DNA of 64,000 bases, from positions 288,001 to 352,000 of the forward strand of contig CAXXDQ010000007.1 in assembly GCA_963664325.2 (NCBI GenBank). The letters run 5' to 3'. Shown here in pieces: positions 1-10,590 of this stretch. Each line of letters opens with the position of its first letter. The first letter of the stretch is position 1. Both the position numbers and the translations under genes were made by a program. Source of the stretch: Desulfomonilia bacterium (lineage in GTDB: Bacteria; Desulfobacterota; Desulfomonilia; UBA1062). A model generated the notes under the pieces. That model was given only the letters and a program-made list of their open reading frames with translations. It made no database searches and was not told the origin of the DNA.

Positions 1-1
1 T

Positions 2-814
2 TCCGACAATTCACTTGAAATTCTTAAAGCTCGCGCCAGCGAGAAAATCAGGATAGTCGAACTCACAAGGAATTACGGCCAGCATGCAGCCGTTTTTGCA
101 GGCTTTGAAAGCAGCACGGGACAGATCGTCATCACCATGGACGCCGACCTTCAGAATCCGCCGGAAGAAATTCCCAGGCTCGTTGATACGATGGAGGAGG
201 GAAACTACGAAGTCGTCGGAACAGTGAGGCAGGCCCGCAAGGACTCTATATTCAGGAAGCTGCCGAGCAGGGTTGTAAACGGCTGGGCCAGAAAAATCAC
301 AGGCGTGAACCTGAACGACTGGGGATGCATGCTCAGGGCCTACAGGCGTGAAGTCGTAGATATGATGGTCAAGAGCCAGGAACACTCGACCTTTATCCCG
401 GCCCTGGCCATGACCTTTGCAAAAAATGTCACTGAAATAGAGGTGGCCCACGAGGAAAGGTTTGCCGGTGAATCGAAGTATTCGATAGCAAAGCTCGTAT
501 CCCTGCAGTTTGATCTAGTTACCTCGTTTTCAGATTTTCCCTTAAAGCTTCTGCTTTACACTGGCATATTCCTGGCCATTGCAGGCACTTCGCTGGGTAT
601 AATATTGTTTATCGCAAGGTTTTATTTCGGTGCCGACTGGGCGGCCCAGGGCGTATTCACGCTGTTCGCTGTCCTGTTCTTCTTCATAGGCGCACAATTC
701 CTTGCATTCGGAATCATGGGGGAATATGTGGGCAGGATATACCGTGAGGTCAAGAAGCGTCCGCCGTATTCAATAAGGAGGATATATGAAGGCGATAGTC
801 TTCGCATACCATAA
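2..814 (+). CDS. arnC: Undecaprenyl-phosphate 4-deoxy-4-formamido-L-arabinose transferase (GT2), 5' partial
   Basis: Frame is open from base 2 (..RNYGQHAAVFAGF..VITMDADLQNPPEEIP). Two C-terminal TM helices; lies upstream of the arnA halves. Confidence 0.9.
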   Translation, partial: SDNSLEILKARASEKIRIVELTRNYGQHAAVFAGFESSTGQIVITMDADLQNPPEEIPRLVDTMEEGNYEVVGTVRQARKDSIFRKLPSRVVNGWARKITGVNLNDWGCMLRAYRREVVDMMVKSQEHSTFIPALAMTFAKNVTEIEVAHEERFAGESKYSIAKLVSLQFDLVTSFSDFPLKLLLYTGIFLAIAGTSLGIILFIARFYFGADWAAQGVFTLFAVLFFFIGAQFLAFGIMGEYVGRIYREVKKRPPYSIRRIYEGDSLRIP

Positions 815-1697
815 CATGGGGGTTACCGGGATAACGAAGCTGCTTGAACACGGCTTTTCCATCCCGATGGTTTTCACCCATGAAGACAACCCTGATGAAA
901 ACGTCTGGTTCGGCTCTGTTCAGCAGTTGTGCAAGGACAAGGGCATTGAATTTGTAACGCCTTCAAGCCCTAACACACCTGAATGGACAGGAAAAATCGG
1001 TGAAATGAAACCTGATTATATTTTCAGTTTCTATTACCGCTACATGATTTCCGGAGACATCCTGTCAATACCGCGTTACGGGGCCTACAACCTGCACGGC
1101 TCCCTTCTGCCCAAATTCCGGGGCCGCTGCCCGGTCAACTGGGTTATAATAAAGGGAGAAACCGAGACGGGTGTTACGCTGCATGAAATGGAAGTCAAGC
1201 CCGATGCAGGGGCTATAGTAGCCCAGAGGCGCGTTCCGATCGCATTTGACGATACGGCGCATTCGCTTTTCGGGAAACTCCAAGATGAGGCGGCCCTGAT
1301 GCTGGATGAATGCCTGCCGGACATGGCAAAAGGCATAATAAGCAAAACGCCGCAGGACCTGGGCAAAGGTTCCTATTTCGGAGGAAGAAAACCCGAAGAC
1401 GGAAAGATAGACTGGGATGCACCCGCTGTTCAGATATACAACCTGGTGCGCGGTGTTACCCGTCCCTACCCCGGGGCCTACTCTTCGCTCGGAGAGGAAA
1501 AAATACTTTTCTGGAAGGCCGCGGCCGGAGAAACGGATGTTTCTGCGCCGGGAATGATAGAAATAAATGACACCGTCATTATCGGTTCAGGAAAAGGTTC
1601 TTTAATCCCGATAGAAATAGAAATAAAAGGAAAAACGCTGGCTGGAGATGATCTTCGCCGGTTCTTTAAAAATCATGAAGGAGAAAGATTGACATGA
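786..1697 (+). CDS. arnA: UDP-L-Ara4N formyltransferase (ArnA N-terminal domain as a separate gene)
   Basis: [12 protein letters not shown] start, [35 protein letters not shown]. Confidence 0.9.
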   Translation: MKAIVFAYHNMGVTGITKLLEHGFSIPMVFTHEDNPDENVWFGSVQQLCKDKGIEFVTPSSPNTPEWTGKIGEMKPDYIFSFYYRYMISGDILSIPRYGAYNLHGSLLPKFRGRCPVNWVIIKGETETGVTLHEMEVKPDAGAIVAQRRVPIAFDDTAHSLFGKLQDEAALMLDECLPDMAKGIISKTPQDLGKGSYFGGRKPEDGKIDWDAPAVQIYNLVRGVTRPYPGAYSSLGEEKILFWKAAAGETDVSAPGMIEINDTVIIGSGKGSLIPIEIEIKGKTLAGDDLRRFFKNHEGERLT

Positions 1698-2716
1698 GAG
1701 TACTTATTATCGGTGTAAACGGTTTTATCGGCTCGCATTTAAGCGCAACAATCATGCGCGACACGGACTGGGAAGTTTACGGAATGGACCTGCGCGACGA
1801 CAAGCTTGTAATGGCAGGCGTTGCAGGCAACAGCCGCTTCCATTTCGTTGAAGGCGACATAGCCATAAACAAGGAATGGATCGAATACCACATCAAGAAG
1901 TGCGACGCAGTGCTCCCTCTTGTTGCCATCGCCACACCTAAAACATACGTGGAAAATCCGCTGGGCGTGTTTGAACTGGATTTCGAGGAAAATCTGAGGA
2001 TAGTCCGCCAGTGCGTAAAATATAAAAAACGGGTAATATTTCCATCCACCTCGGAGGTCTATGCAATGTGTTCAGATCCCGAATTCAAGGAAGACGAGTC
2101 AAACTTCATCCTTGGCCCCATCAACAAGCAGCGCTGGATATATTCCTGCTCCAAGCAGCTCATGGACAGGGTCATCTGGGCCTACGGGGAAAAAGGGCTT
2201 CTCGATTTCACGCTTTTCAGGCCGTTCAACTGGGTCGGGCCAAGGCTTGATTCCATCGAGACGGCAAAGGAAGGTTCTTCCCGCGTCGTAACGCAATTTA
2301 TTGCTTCCCTTGTCTTCAAGGAGCCGATAGTCCTTGTCGACGGCGGCAAGCAGAGCAGGTCTTTCACCTATATAGATGACGGCATAAATGCACTGATGCG
2401 CATTATCAAAAACGAGGGCGGCAAGGCATCGGGGCAGATATTCAATATCGGGAACCCTGCAAACAACTGCTCGATAAAAGACCTGGCTGAAAAGCTGCTT
2501 GCCATGTTCAAGGATCATCCTGCACACAAAAAGGACAAGAAATTTTCCAATATTGTCATTCAGGATGCCAACAAGTTTTATGGCAAGAGCTACCAGGACA
2601 TACAGACAAGGGTGCCTTCAATTAAAAAGGCAAAGGAAATTCTGGGCTGGTCTCCTAAGGTCAAACTTGATGATGCCCTTAAACTCACGCTGAACGCATT
2701 TCTTGAGGAACTATAG
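1694..2716 (+). CDS. arnA: UDP-glucuronate oxidase/UDP-4-keto-pentose decarboxylase (ArnA C-terminal domain as a separate gene)
   Basis: [51 protein letters not shown]. Confidence 0.92.
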   Translation: MRVLIIGVNGFIGSHLSATIMRDTDWEVYGMDLRDDKLVMAGVAGNSRFHFVEGDIAINKEWIEYHIKKCDAVLPLVAIATPKTYVENPLGVFELDFEENLRIVRQCVKYKKRVIFPSTSEVYAMCSDPEFKEDESNFILGPINKQRWIYSCSKQLMDRVIWAYGEKGLLDFTLFRPFNWVGPRLDSIETAKEGSSRVVTQFIASLVFKEPIVLVDGGKQSRSFTYIDDGINALMRIIKNEGGKASGQIFNIGNPANNCSIKDLAEKLLAMFKDHPAHKKDKKFSNIVIQDANKFYGKSYQDIQTRVPSIKKAKEILGWSPKVKLDDALKLTLNAFLEEL

Positions 2717-2820
2717 AATCCAGTAGACAGAAGACAGGAGTCAGGAGGGAATCATCAGAGAATAAAACATCCGGGAAGTTAAAAAGGTTTTATTCTGACT
2801 TCTGTCTACTTGCTACTGAT
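2717..2820. repeat. Inverted pair of degenerate heptamer tandem arrays
   Basis: CCAGTAG ACAGAAG ACAGGAG TCAGGAG followed by the complementary ATTCTGA CTTCTGT CTACTTG CTACTGA. Confidence 0.6.
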
Positions 2821-2839
2821 CACTTATCAAGGATTATTA

Positions 2840-3694
2840 ATGGCTGATCTGGCGCTGAAAGTTGACATCGATACATATAAAGGATTCAGGGACGGGCTCC
2901 CTTCCCTTCTTAAAACCCTTGGTGAGCGCAGGCTCAAGGCAAGCTTTTTCATAACCTTCGGGCCGGACCGTTCAGGCCTTGCAATATTCCAGATGCTAAG
3001 GCCGCGCTTTTTTATGAAAATGATTAAATCCAATGCCCCCGGTACATACGGCATTGAAACAGCCCTTTATGGTACTCTGCTGAAGGCGCCCCTGATTGCC
3101 TCGGCATATCCCGATGAAGTCCTGCAGATTGCGGAACTCGGCCATGAGACCGCCTGCCATGCATGGGACCACAGGCTCTGGCAGGACTGGCTTTTTCTGA
3201 TGGGCAAAAAGAGCATCCATGAGTGGTTTAAAAAAATGGTCGGCGCATACATTGATGCAACAGAAGCCGTTCCCGAGGCCTTCGGCGCCCCGGGATGGAT
3301 GATGAACACCCTGGCATTGAAAGAGACTGCCGGCTGGGGCTTTAAATATCTGAGCTGCACGCGTGCACAGGTCCCTTTCATCTTTGAGGAAAACGGCCTG
3401 CTCGAGATGCCCTCCAACCTGCCCTGCATTGAGGAAGTCGGAACAAACGGTGTTCTTGCGGCCCTTGAACAGAAAGCGGGAAGCGTTATCCCGCAGGTGC
3501 TGCCTGTACACACCGAGATTGAAGGCGGGGCCTTCAAAAGTGATTTTGAACTGATCCTGGATAAGGCCCTCGGACTTGGATACAGCATCAAAAAGCTATG
3601 TGATGTGGCGGAAACGCTCGACCGTTCAAAACTTCAAATACGCCCTCTCAGAAAAGCCCTGCTTGCCGGAAGGGCATTTGCCTGCTCTGTCTGA
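2840..3694 (+). CDS. arnD: 4-deoxy-4-formamido-L-arabinose-phosphoundecaprenol deformylase (polysaccharide deacetylase fold)
   Basis: LKVDIDT, ASFFITFGPDRSG, LYGTLL, HAWDHRLWQD, VHTEIEG; ATG at 2840 preferred. Confidence 0.85.
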   Translation: MADLALKVDIDTYKGFRDGLPSLLKTLGERRLKASFFITFGPDRSGLAIFQMLRPRFFMKMIKSNAPGTYGIETALYGTLLKAPLIASAYPDEVLQIAELGHETACHAWDHRLWQDWLFLMGKKSIHEWFKKMVGAYIDATEAVPEAFGAPGWMMNTLALKETAGWGFKYLSCTRAQVPFIFEENGLLEMPSNLPCIEEVGTNGVLAALEQKAGSVIPQVLPVHTEIEGGAFKSDFELILDKALGLGYSIKKLCDVAETLDRSKLQIRPLRKALLAGRAFACSV

Positions 3695-3753
3695 ACCTTT
3701 TAGTAGCTGACCCCGTTGTCAGCACCTGATAAATACTTGAACCGGTAATCTGT

Positions 3754-4776
3754 TTAACGGCGCAGTGCTTCCGGAATGCCTGACTCACATGGGACGCCGG
3801 TGGCACAAAGGCCGCAGCCGTAAATAAATATATGATACTTAGAATTGATGTATTCGAGGGAAGCGGCAACCTTCTTATAGCAGGTTTCCTTGTCGTGGGC
3901 CTTTTCTTTCGTAATGGCGTTCGCAGGACACCGTTTTGCGCATTTCAGGCACTCTATGCCCTGATAATGAAGGCAGTGCGCATGGATGTCGTCAGGCCGC
4001 TTATGGTTCGGCTCAAGCTTCAGGTTGACAACAAAGCTGCCGACACGGTGTGCAGAACCTTTTTCCGTAATCAGGAAGTCATGCATTCCGAAAGTGCCTA
4101 GCCCTGCAGCATAAGCGATATGGCGATGGGACCAGGGGGAAGCCCAGCCCACTACGGGATAGCGCTTCTTGTTGAACATGGGGGTCACGTCGGGCGCTAC
4201 GGCCAGGATTCCCTGGCTCATGAGCAAGGCCACGATTTCACGCACGAAAGTCTGGCTGAAAATTTCCCCCAGCAGCCGGCTCTGAGCCCACCGTTCCGAG
4301 GTCCAGTCTCTGGCCGAGGCATTGTCCTGTCTGGTATTCTGCGTAAACGGCATTACAAAAGAGACCACGCTGATATCCTCAGGCTCAGGCGGTTCGACTC
4401 CGTTCCTGTCTGCCTGCCATTTCATGATCTCCCAGGGAGTGAAATGATGCGGCCCGATGATTTTCTTGAACTGTTCAAATATCGGATCATCGCCTCGGAC
4501 AAACCCTACCAGCGGCTCCACATAGACAGGTTCACCGTAAAACGGGAATTCCATTGCATTTTCAGGATGGTCTGCAATCTTGTCCTTAATGGTCCTGATA
4601 AACCAGTCTTCATCAGGCATAAGTATTTCACGGCTTGCACATGCTTTTCTGTTCAGGACCGGCTGTTCGGGCAAAAACAATCCGCGCATCTCGCCCAGCG
4701 CATTTTTCATTCCTCCGATATCCGAAAGGAAGGAGAAGCGCCGGTACCGTTCTTTCATCCTCGGCCGTTTTGTCAT
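3754..4776 (-). CDS. Epoxyqueuosine reductase (QueG)-like 4Fe-4S protein
   Basis: WSHRHIAYAAGLGTFG, CxxCxxxCP and GCGLCxxxxPC ferredoxin motifs. Confidence 0.65.
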   Translation of the reverse strand: MTKRPRMKERYRRFSFLSDIGGMKNALGEMRGLFLPEQPVLNRKACASREILMPDEDWFIRTIKDKIADHPENAMEFPFYGEPVYVEPLVGFVRGDDPIFEQFKKIIGPHHFTPWEIMKWQADRNGVEPPEPEDISVVSFVMPFTQNTRQDNASARDWTSERWAQSRLLGEIFSQTFVREIVALLMSQGILAVAPDVTPMFNKKRYPVVGWASPWSHRHIAYAAGLGTFGMHDFLITEKGSAHRVGSFVVNLKLEPNHKRPDDIHAHCLHYQGIECLKCAKRCPANAITKEKAHDKETCYKKVAASLEYINSKYHIFIYGCGLCATGVPCESGIPEALRR

Positions 4777-4833
4777 GATTTAAATTAACCCCCCGTTCTT
4801 ATGGATACAAACATGCAAATAGTTGCACCAGAC

Positions 4834-5766
4834 CTAAGGTTTCATCCGGGCTCTGAATTTCAGGTAGTCCCGGGCGGTCTCGGCCGGCTGCTCGATCATG
4901 GGCAAATGGCCCAGGCCCTGCATTATGATGACCTCGGAATTCGGCATCAGATTGTGCAGGACTTCGGCCGTGGCGGGATTTATGGCGCGGTCCTTTTCCC
5001 CCCACACGATCAGGGCCGGCGTCTTAAGGCCGGTTACATATTTTTCAACGGAGTCGGTACTGATTGCCTTGAAAATGCGCTCCTCGAGCCTGTAGTTGCG
5101 GATTCGCTCCTGTGCCATCACATTCAGCATGGGCCTGGGGATAAAGGGAGGTTTGGCCATGACGAAGTAAAATATCCGGGCGAACTCGTTTTCGCTTCTG
5201 GCCATGAGTGGGTTTTCTCCTGTCCTGGCCAGTATTGTGTACACCTCACCTTGAGGCGCGCTCCATATTCCGCCCGGGTCCAGCAGCCAGAGGCTCTTGA
5301 CATCCCCGGGATACAATGCGGCATACATCAGTGAAATATGGCCGCCCATCGAGCTTCCCCCGAGGTGCATCCTGGTGATCCCCAGGGCCTGCGTAAAACT
5401 TCTTATCCGCGCCGCCTGAGCACCTGCCGTATAATCGGCATCCTGCGGATGGGATGATTCCCCGAAGCCGATGTGGTCCGGCACGATCACCCGGTAATGC
5501 GGGATCAGGAAGCGCGCGACCCTTGTGAAATTATCCTTGTCGGCGCCGAAGCCGTGCAGCAGCATGAGAACTTCACCCCGGCCGCCTTCCAGGTATGCGT
5601 AATGGAGTCCGCCCGGCAGATCGATCTCCTTGCGTGTGAGCCCGGAACGATGGCGCTCAAGATCCAATGCCAGCTTCGCTGCCTTTTGAGGTGCCAGATA
5701 AACAAATCCGACCACACCGAGCACAAATATTATGAAAAGCGCTACGACCGTTTTCAGAATACGCAT
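4834..5766 (-). CDS. Alpha/beta hydrolase (lipase/esterase) with N-terminal anchor
   Basis: LLHGFG oxyanion motif, GSSMGG nucleophile elbow, WGEKD, GHLP. Confidence 0.85.
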   Translation of the reverse strand: MRILKTVVALFIIFVLGVVGFVYLAPQKAAKLALDLERHRSGLTRKEIDLPGGLHYAYLEGGRGEVLMLLHGFGADKDNFTRVARFLIPHYRVIVPDHIGFGESSHPQDADYTAGAQAARIRSFTQALGITRMHLGGSSMGGHISLMYAALYPGDVKSLWLLDPGGIWSAPQGEVYTILARTGENPLMARSENEFARIFYFVMAKPPFIPRPMLNVMAQERIRNYRLEERIFKAISTDSVEKYVTGLKTPALIVWGEKDRAINPATAEVLHNLMPNSEVIIMQGLGHLPMIEQPAETARDYLKFRARMKP

Positions 5767-5861
5767 ATTCGACCTCCCGTTATAATGGCATACCGGATGT
5801 ATGCATTTTGTTTCATTATGACTTCAACCCCTATAAAAACTTTAATGATATGTCTCCATTT

Positions 5862-7156
5862 TCATTTCTCGGCAAGCAGCGTCTCTCCACTGACCTTATC
5901 CATGTCTGCGGGATATGTTCTGGATGCAATCAGGTAGCAGATTCCACCCAGTATTCCCCCTGATGCTGCTATTATAAGCGCTGTGCCAAGAGCCTTTGCA
6001 TCCTGCCCAAGGGCATCAGAAAGAACACCCACCAGATACGGGCTCCAGCCTCCGCCAAGAATGTTGACGCAGAGCATCGTGACACCCCACACCAGTCCCT
6101 TCTGCGCAACTGGCACCACATCCTGCGTGATCGCGCTCAGGCAAGGCATGGCCATTACGCTGATTACACCGTATACAACGGCCAGCGACATGCCAAGGGG
6201 GCCCTTGAACTTCAGATATACGGCCCCTGTAATCACCAAGGCGCTCATGATCATGGTTATTGCCGGTATGTAAAGCCTTCCCCTCGGGTCCTTTTTGAAC
6301 CACATGTCAGCCAGGAATCCGCCCAGAGGCGAACCGATAATGGCCGCCATGATAATCGGGACCAGGATGCTGTTTGCCGTTTGAACATCCACACCCCAGG
6401 CGCGCCCGATATAGGAAGGCGCCCAGAACAGGAATGACCAGGACATGATGTTGGACAGTCCGTACCCGAGGAAAACCCAGATCAGAGTAGGTATTGTTAA
6501 AAGCTTTGCTACCGATTTCCAGAAAGAGGCTTTTATGCCGTCAAGCCGGATATTATCTGCGCTCCTGTAATCTTTCATGAACAGCGCAAGTACGCCCAGT
6601 ATTACACCGGGGACGGCAAAGACGAAGAAAGGCGCCTGCCATCCTGCATGTTTGGCTATGATGCCTCCAAGCAGTGACCCAAGTGCTATTCCCACCGGGA
6701 TCGCCATATTGAAAACACCCATGACCATGCCGCGCTTCTTCTGGGGGTAAGCTGCTCCGATCATGGCGGTTCCCCCCGGGGCGAACCCGGCTTCGCCCAC
6801 TGCTACCAGGCTGCGGGGTATCAAAAGCGTGATGAAGCTCCTTGCAGTACCAGTAAAAAAGGTAAATGTACTCCAGAAAATTGCCAGTATGGCAATAGCC
6901 TTACGCCTGCTCCAACGGTCGATTATATATGAAAGCGGCGCCGCAAAAAGGGCCAGGCTGATGAGGAATACAGTACCTATTGCGCCGACATTGCTGTCGC
7001 TCAGTCCGAGAGCGGCTTTCATAGGCTCTGCCACTGCCGCTATTACCTGCCGGTCCATGAAATTGACCATGTAAGGAGTGTGCAGATAATGATGATATAT
7101 AACGATGCTCCCCTTCCGGATTTATATTCCTTCGGCTTTTTAAGGTCGGTTTGCAT
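5862..7156 (-). CDS. MFS transporter (spinster-like); 5' end frameshifted near 7073
   Basis: NFMDRQ, DRWSRR, GEAGFAP and about 12 TM. AGGAG RBS + ATG at 7156 encodes TM1 in another frame (MQTDLKKP..IIIICTLL). Confidence 0.8.
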
Positions 7157-7316
7157 GCAAGTCTCCTCTTTCCAGATATAATACGGCAAGTGATTAAAGG
7201 GTCAAGATTAAGTATGAAAGGAAGGAATATCTGCTCGATTTGTATAGAGTTTAATTATTGGACTTCGGCATTCCCGGTTAATAATATTCTTAAAAATAAA
7301 TCGTTCAGGAGATTAT

Positions 7317-7820
7317 ATGAGAAACATAAACATTCTTGCGGTTTCTTTGATCGTGGCTGTCTTTCTTTTTGGTTGTGCGACAGTACAAGGCACTTCTCCA
7401 AAAGGTCTGGAAATCCCGATTGAAAAAGCATCGATAAAATTTTCGTCTGATATAAAAGACGGCGGATATAATATTGTCGATACCGAACAGCTGAAAAAAT
7501 GGATTGCCGACGGCAAGGGCATGACAATAATAAGCACGCTTCCTGTTACGGATGACAAATATCTGGGTACTATCCCCTTGGCGGTTAACGGTGTCATGCC
7601 GAAATCAGAAAAAGACCTGACACAGGCCGACAAGGATAATCTCCTGAAAGCTGCGGGGTTAGACAAAGACAAAACCATTGTTGTCTATTGCGGGTTTGTA
7701 GCATGCAGAAGAAGCCATATTGGTGCCAAGATACTTGTCGATAACGGTTTTAAAAGCGTATACCGCTATCCCGGCGGGATAGTAGCCTGGAAGGAAGCAG
7801 GAAATCCTGTAGTAAAATAG
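7317..7820 (+). CDS. Rhodanese-like domain lipoprotein
   Basis: Lipobox LFGC; VVYCGFVACRRSH active-site loop; YRYPGGIVAW. Confidence 0.85.
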   Translation: MRNINILAVSLIVAVFLFGCATVQGTSPKGLEIPIEKASIKFSSDIKDGGYNIVDTEQLKKWIADGKGMTIISTLPVTDDKYLGTIPLAVNGVMPKSEKDLTQADKDNLLKAAGLDKDKTIVVYCGFVACRRSHIGAKILVDNGFKSVYRYPGGIVAWKEAGNPVVK

Positions 7821-7838
7821 CCATCTGAGTTAGTACGT

Positions 7839-7870
7839 CAAAGGGCTGCCCTAAAGTGGCGGTCTTTTTA
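7839..7870 (+). terminator. Probable intrinsic terminator
   Basis: AAAGGGCTGCC-CTAAAGT-GGCGGTCTTTTT hairpin with U-tract after the rhodanese gene. Confidence 0.5.
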
Positions 7871-7886
7871 TTCATAAGGGTAAAAA

Positions 7887-8345
7887 ATGGAGTTAAAAAC
7901 ACTTACGGCAACACTTGTTTCAGTATTTCTATTGATTGCAGGATGCACAGGCAAAAACATTTATACTGAAAAAGTTAATTCGCAAATAAATGTTTTTGGA
8001 ATCAAACTTCTGACTGATACCGACTACAAAATAATCAATGGAGTACAAGCAGTTGAGGAACCCTGCCTGAAGGGATATGAACGCAGTTTTGACGCCCTGG
8101 ATATTACCATCGGATATGGTTTCAACAAGAAAATAAGGAAGATCACGACCCGCAATCACAACACCAGCATGTTTGAAGTAAGTCCCGGAATGACATTCGA
8201 GGAAGGCAGACAAAAAATAGTAGCAGCTGGTTTCACCGAATATTCGCCCCCTTATATATTCATTTCAAACGGATACACGCTAACAGTGCTGGCTGACGGA
8301 GATAAACGGATATTCGGCCTGACAATTCAGCCTATTGACCATTGA
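7887..8345 (+). CDS. Hypothetical lipoprotein
   Basis: Lipobox IAGC; RBS-like AAGGG upstream. Confidence 0.65.
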   Translation: MELKTLTATLVSVFLLIAGCTGKNIYTEKVNSQINVFGIKLLTDTDYKIINGVQAVEEPCLKGYERSFDALDITIGYGFNKKIRKITTRNHNTSMFEVSPGMTFEEGRQKIVAAGFTEYSPPYIFISNGYTLTVLADGDKRIFGLTIQPIDH

Positions 8346-8450
8346 ACAGTTTGATAAGAGTTTTGATTGGTCAGACTAGGAGCCTTTCCTGGCAAAGAAT
8401 CCTTTCCTATTGTCGTGTCTTACAGCTTGGTTTAACATCCGATTCAGGAT

Positions 8451-9593
8451 ATGCCCGTGAAAGAAAAAGAAAATGCTGTTAATCCCCAGAATGATGTTTT
8501 TCGCAGTGCGCTTAAGGAGCAGCTTGCAAGTATAACAGAAAACTGCACTGATTGCGGGCAATGCATAAATGAATGTGATTTCTTAAGGAAGTACGGCTCT
8601 CCCAGAGCAATCGCCGCCCGGTATGATGCTCAAAAAAAATCAGGACAGGTCATGCCTTTTGAATGCAGCCTGTGCAGTCTATGCGCGGCAGTCTGTCCTG
8701 AAGGCCTCGATCCCAGAAAAATGTTTATAGAAATGAGGCGTGAGGCTGTTGAACGCGGCAAGGGAAAATTTCCTGAGCATTCGTGGCTTTTAATGCATGA
8801 ACGCATGGGCATGTCGAGGTTTTTTTCTCTGTATGCGATCCCTGAAGGGTGCAGACGCGTATTATTCCCCGGCTGTGCATTCCCCGGGATCAGGCCCGGA
8901 ACCACCCGGAAGCTGTTCGATGTATTGAACGCCGGAGATCCGAATCTGGGGATTGTGTTTGAATGCTGCGGCCGCATATCGGATGATCTGGGCCGTGAGG
9001 GATTTTCATCAGGAAGGCTGGCAGAAATGCAGGAGCTCCTTGTCGGCAATAATGTTGATGAAGTCATTGTTGTCTGTCCCAACTGTTATGATATGTTCAG
9101 GGACTATGCAAAAGACCTGAAAGTCAGCATGGTCTACGAGATGCTTCCTAAGAATGCAGCTGCAGTTCAGGCTGAAGGTGAAACTTTTTTGCATGACCCG
9201 TGCGGGGCGCGTTTTAACAGCGGATGCCATTACATGGTAAGATCACTCCTTAAAGAGAAAGGCATCAAGGTCAAGGAATTGGCCCATAACAGGCAGAGGA
9301 CTCTTTGCTGCGGAAACGGTGCTGGCGTCATGCCAATTTCCCCGGATTTCTCCAGAGGCTGGATCAGGCGCATAGATAGAGAAGCCTCCGGCGGGGCTAT
9401 AACAACCTATTGCGCGGGCTGTTCTGAAATGTTTAACAGTTATTTTGAAAGCTACCATGTCCTTGATTTCCTGCTTGGACAGGAAGGATATTCAAAAAAA
9501 CTTAAGGTTTCGAGGCCGCCGCTCACTTATTTGAACAGGCTGATGTTGAAAAGATACTTTAAGAAAAGAATCAGGGGGAAAAATGGGCTTTGA
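8451..9593 (+). CDS. (Fe-S)-binding protein, 2x4Fe-4S plus CCG domains (HdrD/GlpC-like)
   Basis: CxxCxxCxxxC twice, FPGC, ECCG, CPNC, HDPC, LCCG, YCAGC. Confidence 0.85.
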   Translation: MPVKEKENAVNPQNDVFRSALKEQLASITENCTDCGQCINECDFLRKYGSPRAIAARYDAQKKSGQVMPFECSLCSLCAAVCPEGLDPRKMFIEMRREAVERGKGKFPEHSWLLMHERMGMSRFFSLYAIPEGCRRVLFPGCAFPGIRPGTTRKLFDVLNAGDPNLGIVFECCGRISDDLGREGFSSGRLAEMQELLVGNNVDEVIVVCPNCYDMFRDYAKDLKVSMVYEMLPKNAAAVQAEGETFLHDPCGARFNSGCHYMVRSLLKEKGIKVKELAHNRQRTLCCGNGAGVMPISPDFSRGWIRRIDREASGGAITTYCAGCSEMFNSYFESYHVLDFLLGQEGYSKKLKVSRPPLTYLNRLMLKRYFKKRIRGKNGL

Positions 9594-10581
9594 TGAGATT
9601 ATTAGAAAATCCCTTAATGCCGAGCCGTTAAAGAAGAAAGAACTGATAAGTCTGCTTGAATATCCGCAGGATTCCATTGAATCCTACAGGGTAATGGCTG
9701 AAGCCAGCCGTCTATCAAAAGGTCTTACAGGCAACATGGCTGAAGTCCATGCACAGCTTGCGCTAAATCTCGCACCCTGCAGAGGCGGCTGCATGTTCTG
9801 CTCTTTTGCTGATGTTAATGGTGTGTTCACTTCGGAGACGAGGCTTACCCCATTGCAGGCTGTCGAATATGCGAAACAGTTTGAAACAGACGGGGCAAAC
9901 GCAATTTATGTCATGACAACGGCGCAGTACCCTTTCGGTGAGTTTATTGAAATTTCACAGGAGATCAGAAAGAACCTGAAAGCGCAGACCATGATGATCG
10001 CCAATGTTGGAGACCAGACTTTGAAAAATGCCAGGATTATAAAGGATGCCGGATACACAGGCGTCTACCATGCTCTCAGGTTAAGGGAAGGTGTTGATTC
10101 AAAGATTTCACCTTCAAAGAGGATAAAGAGCATACATAATTTTTATGATGCCGGGCTTAAGGTTGGCACCTGTGTTGAGCCTGTGGGTCCGGAACATACA
10201 AATGAGGAGCTTGCCGAGCTTATACTCTTTACCGCATCAATTAATCCATCTTTCAGCGGCGCTGCCAGGCGTATTCCTATTCCAGGCACGGCCATGGAAG
10301 AACGGGGTTACATAAGCGAACTGCGCATGGCCCAGATTGTAGCCGTCACAAGGCTTGGAATACAGGGGACTGTTGCCGGGAACTGCACTCACGAACCCTG
10401 CACACTCGGAGCCATAGCCGGGGCAAACCTGTTCTGGGCCGAAGCGGGAGGCAATCCCAGGGACATTATGGAAAAAACCGAGGAAGGAAGGGGTGAAACG
10501 GTTTCAAGCTGCCGGAAAATTTTCAATGAATCAGGCTGGGACGTCTATAATGGCCCTTCCAGGTATTTTATGGCTGAGTAA
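9583..10581 (+). CDS. Radical SAM protein (BioB-like subgroup, function unknown)
   Basis: CRGGCMFC CxxxCxxC motif; overlaps the upstream stop. Confidence 0.8.
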   Translation: MGFDEIIRKSLNAEPLKKKELISLLEYPQDSIESYRVMAEASRLSKGLTGNMAEVHAQLALNLAPCRGGCMFCSFADVNGVFTSETRLTPLQAVEYAKQFETDGANAIYVMTTAQYPFGEFIEISQEIRKNLKAQTMMIANVGDQTLKNARIIKDAGYTGVYHALRLREGVDSKISPSKRIKSIHNFYDAGLKVGTCVEPVGPEHTNEELAELILFTASINPSFSGAARRIPIPGTAMEERGYISELRMAQIVAVTRLGIQGTVAGNCTHEPCTLGAIAGANLFWAEAGGNPRDIMEKTEEGRGETVSSCRKIFNESGWDVYNGPSRYFMAE

Positions 10582-10590
10582 TATATCAGT

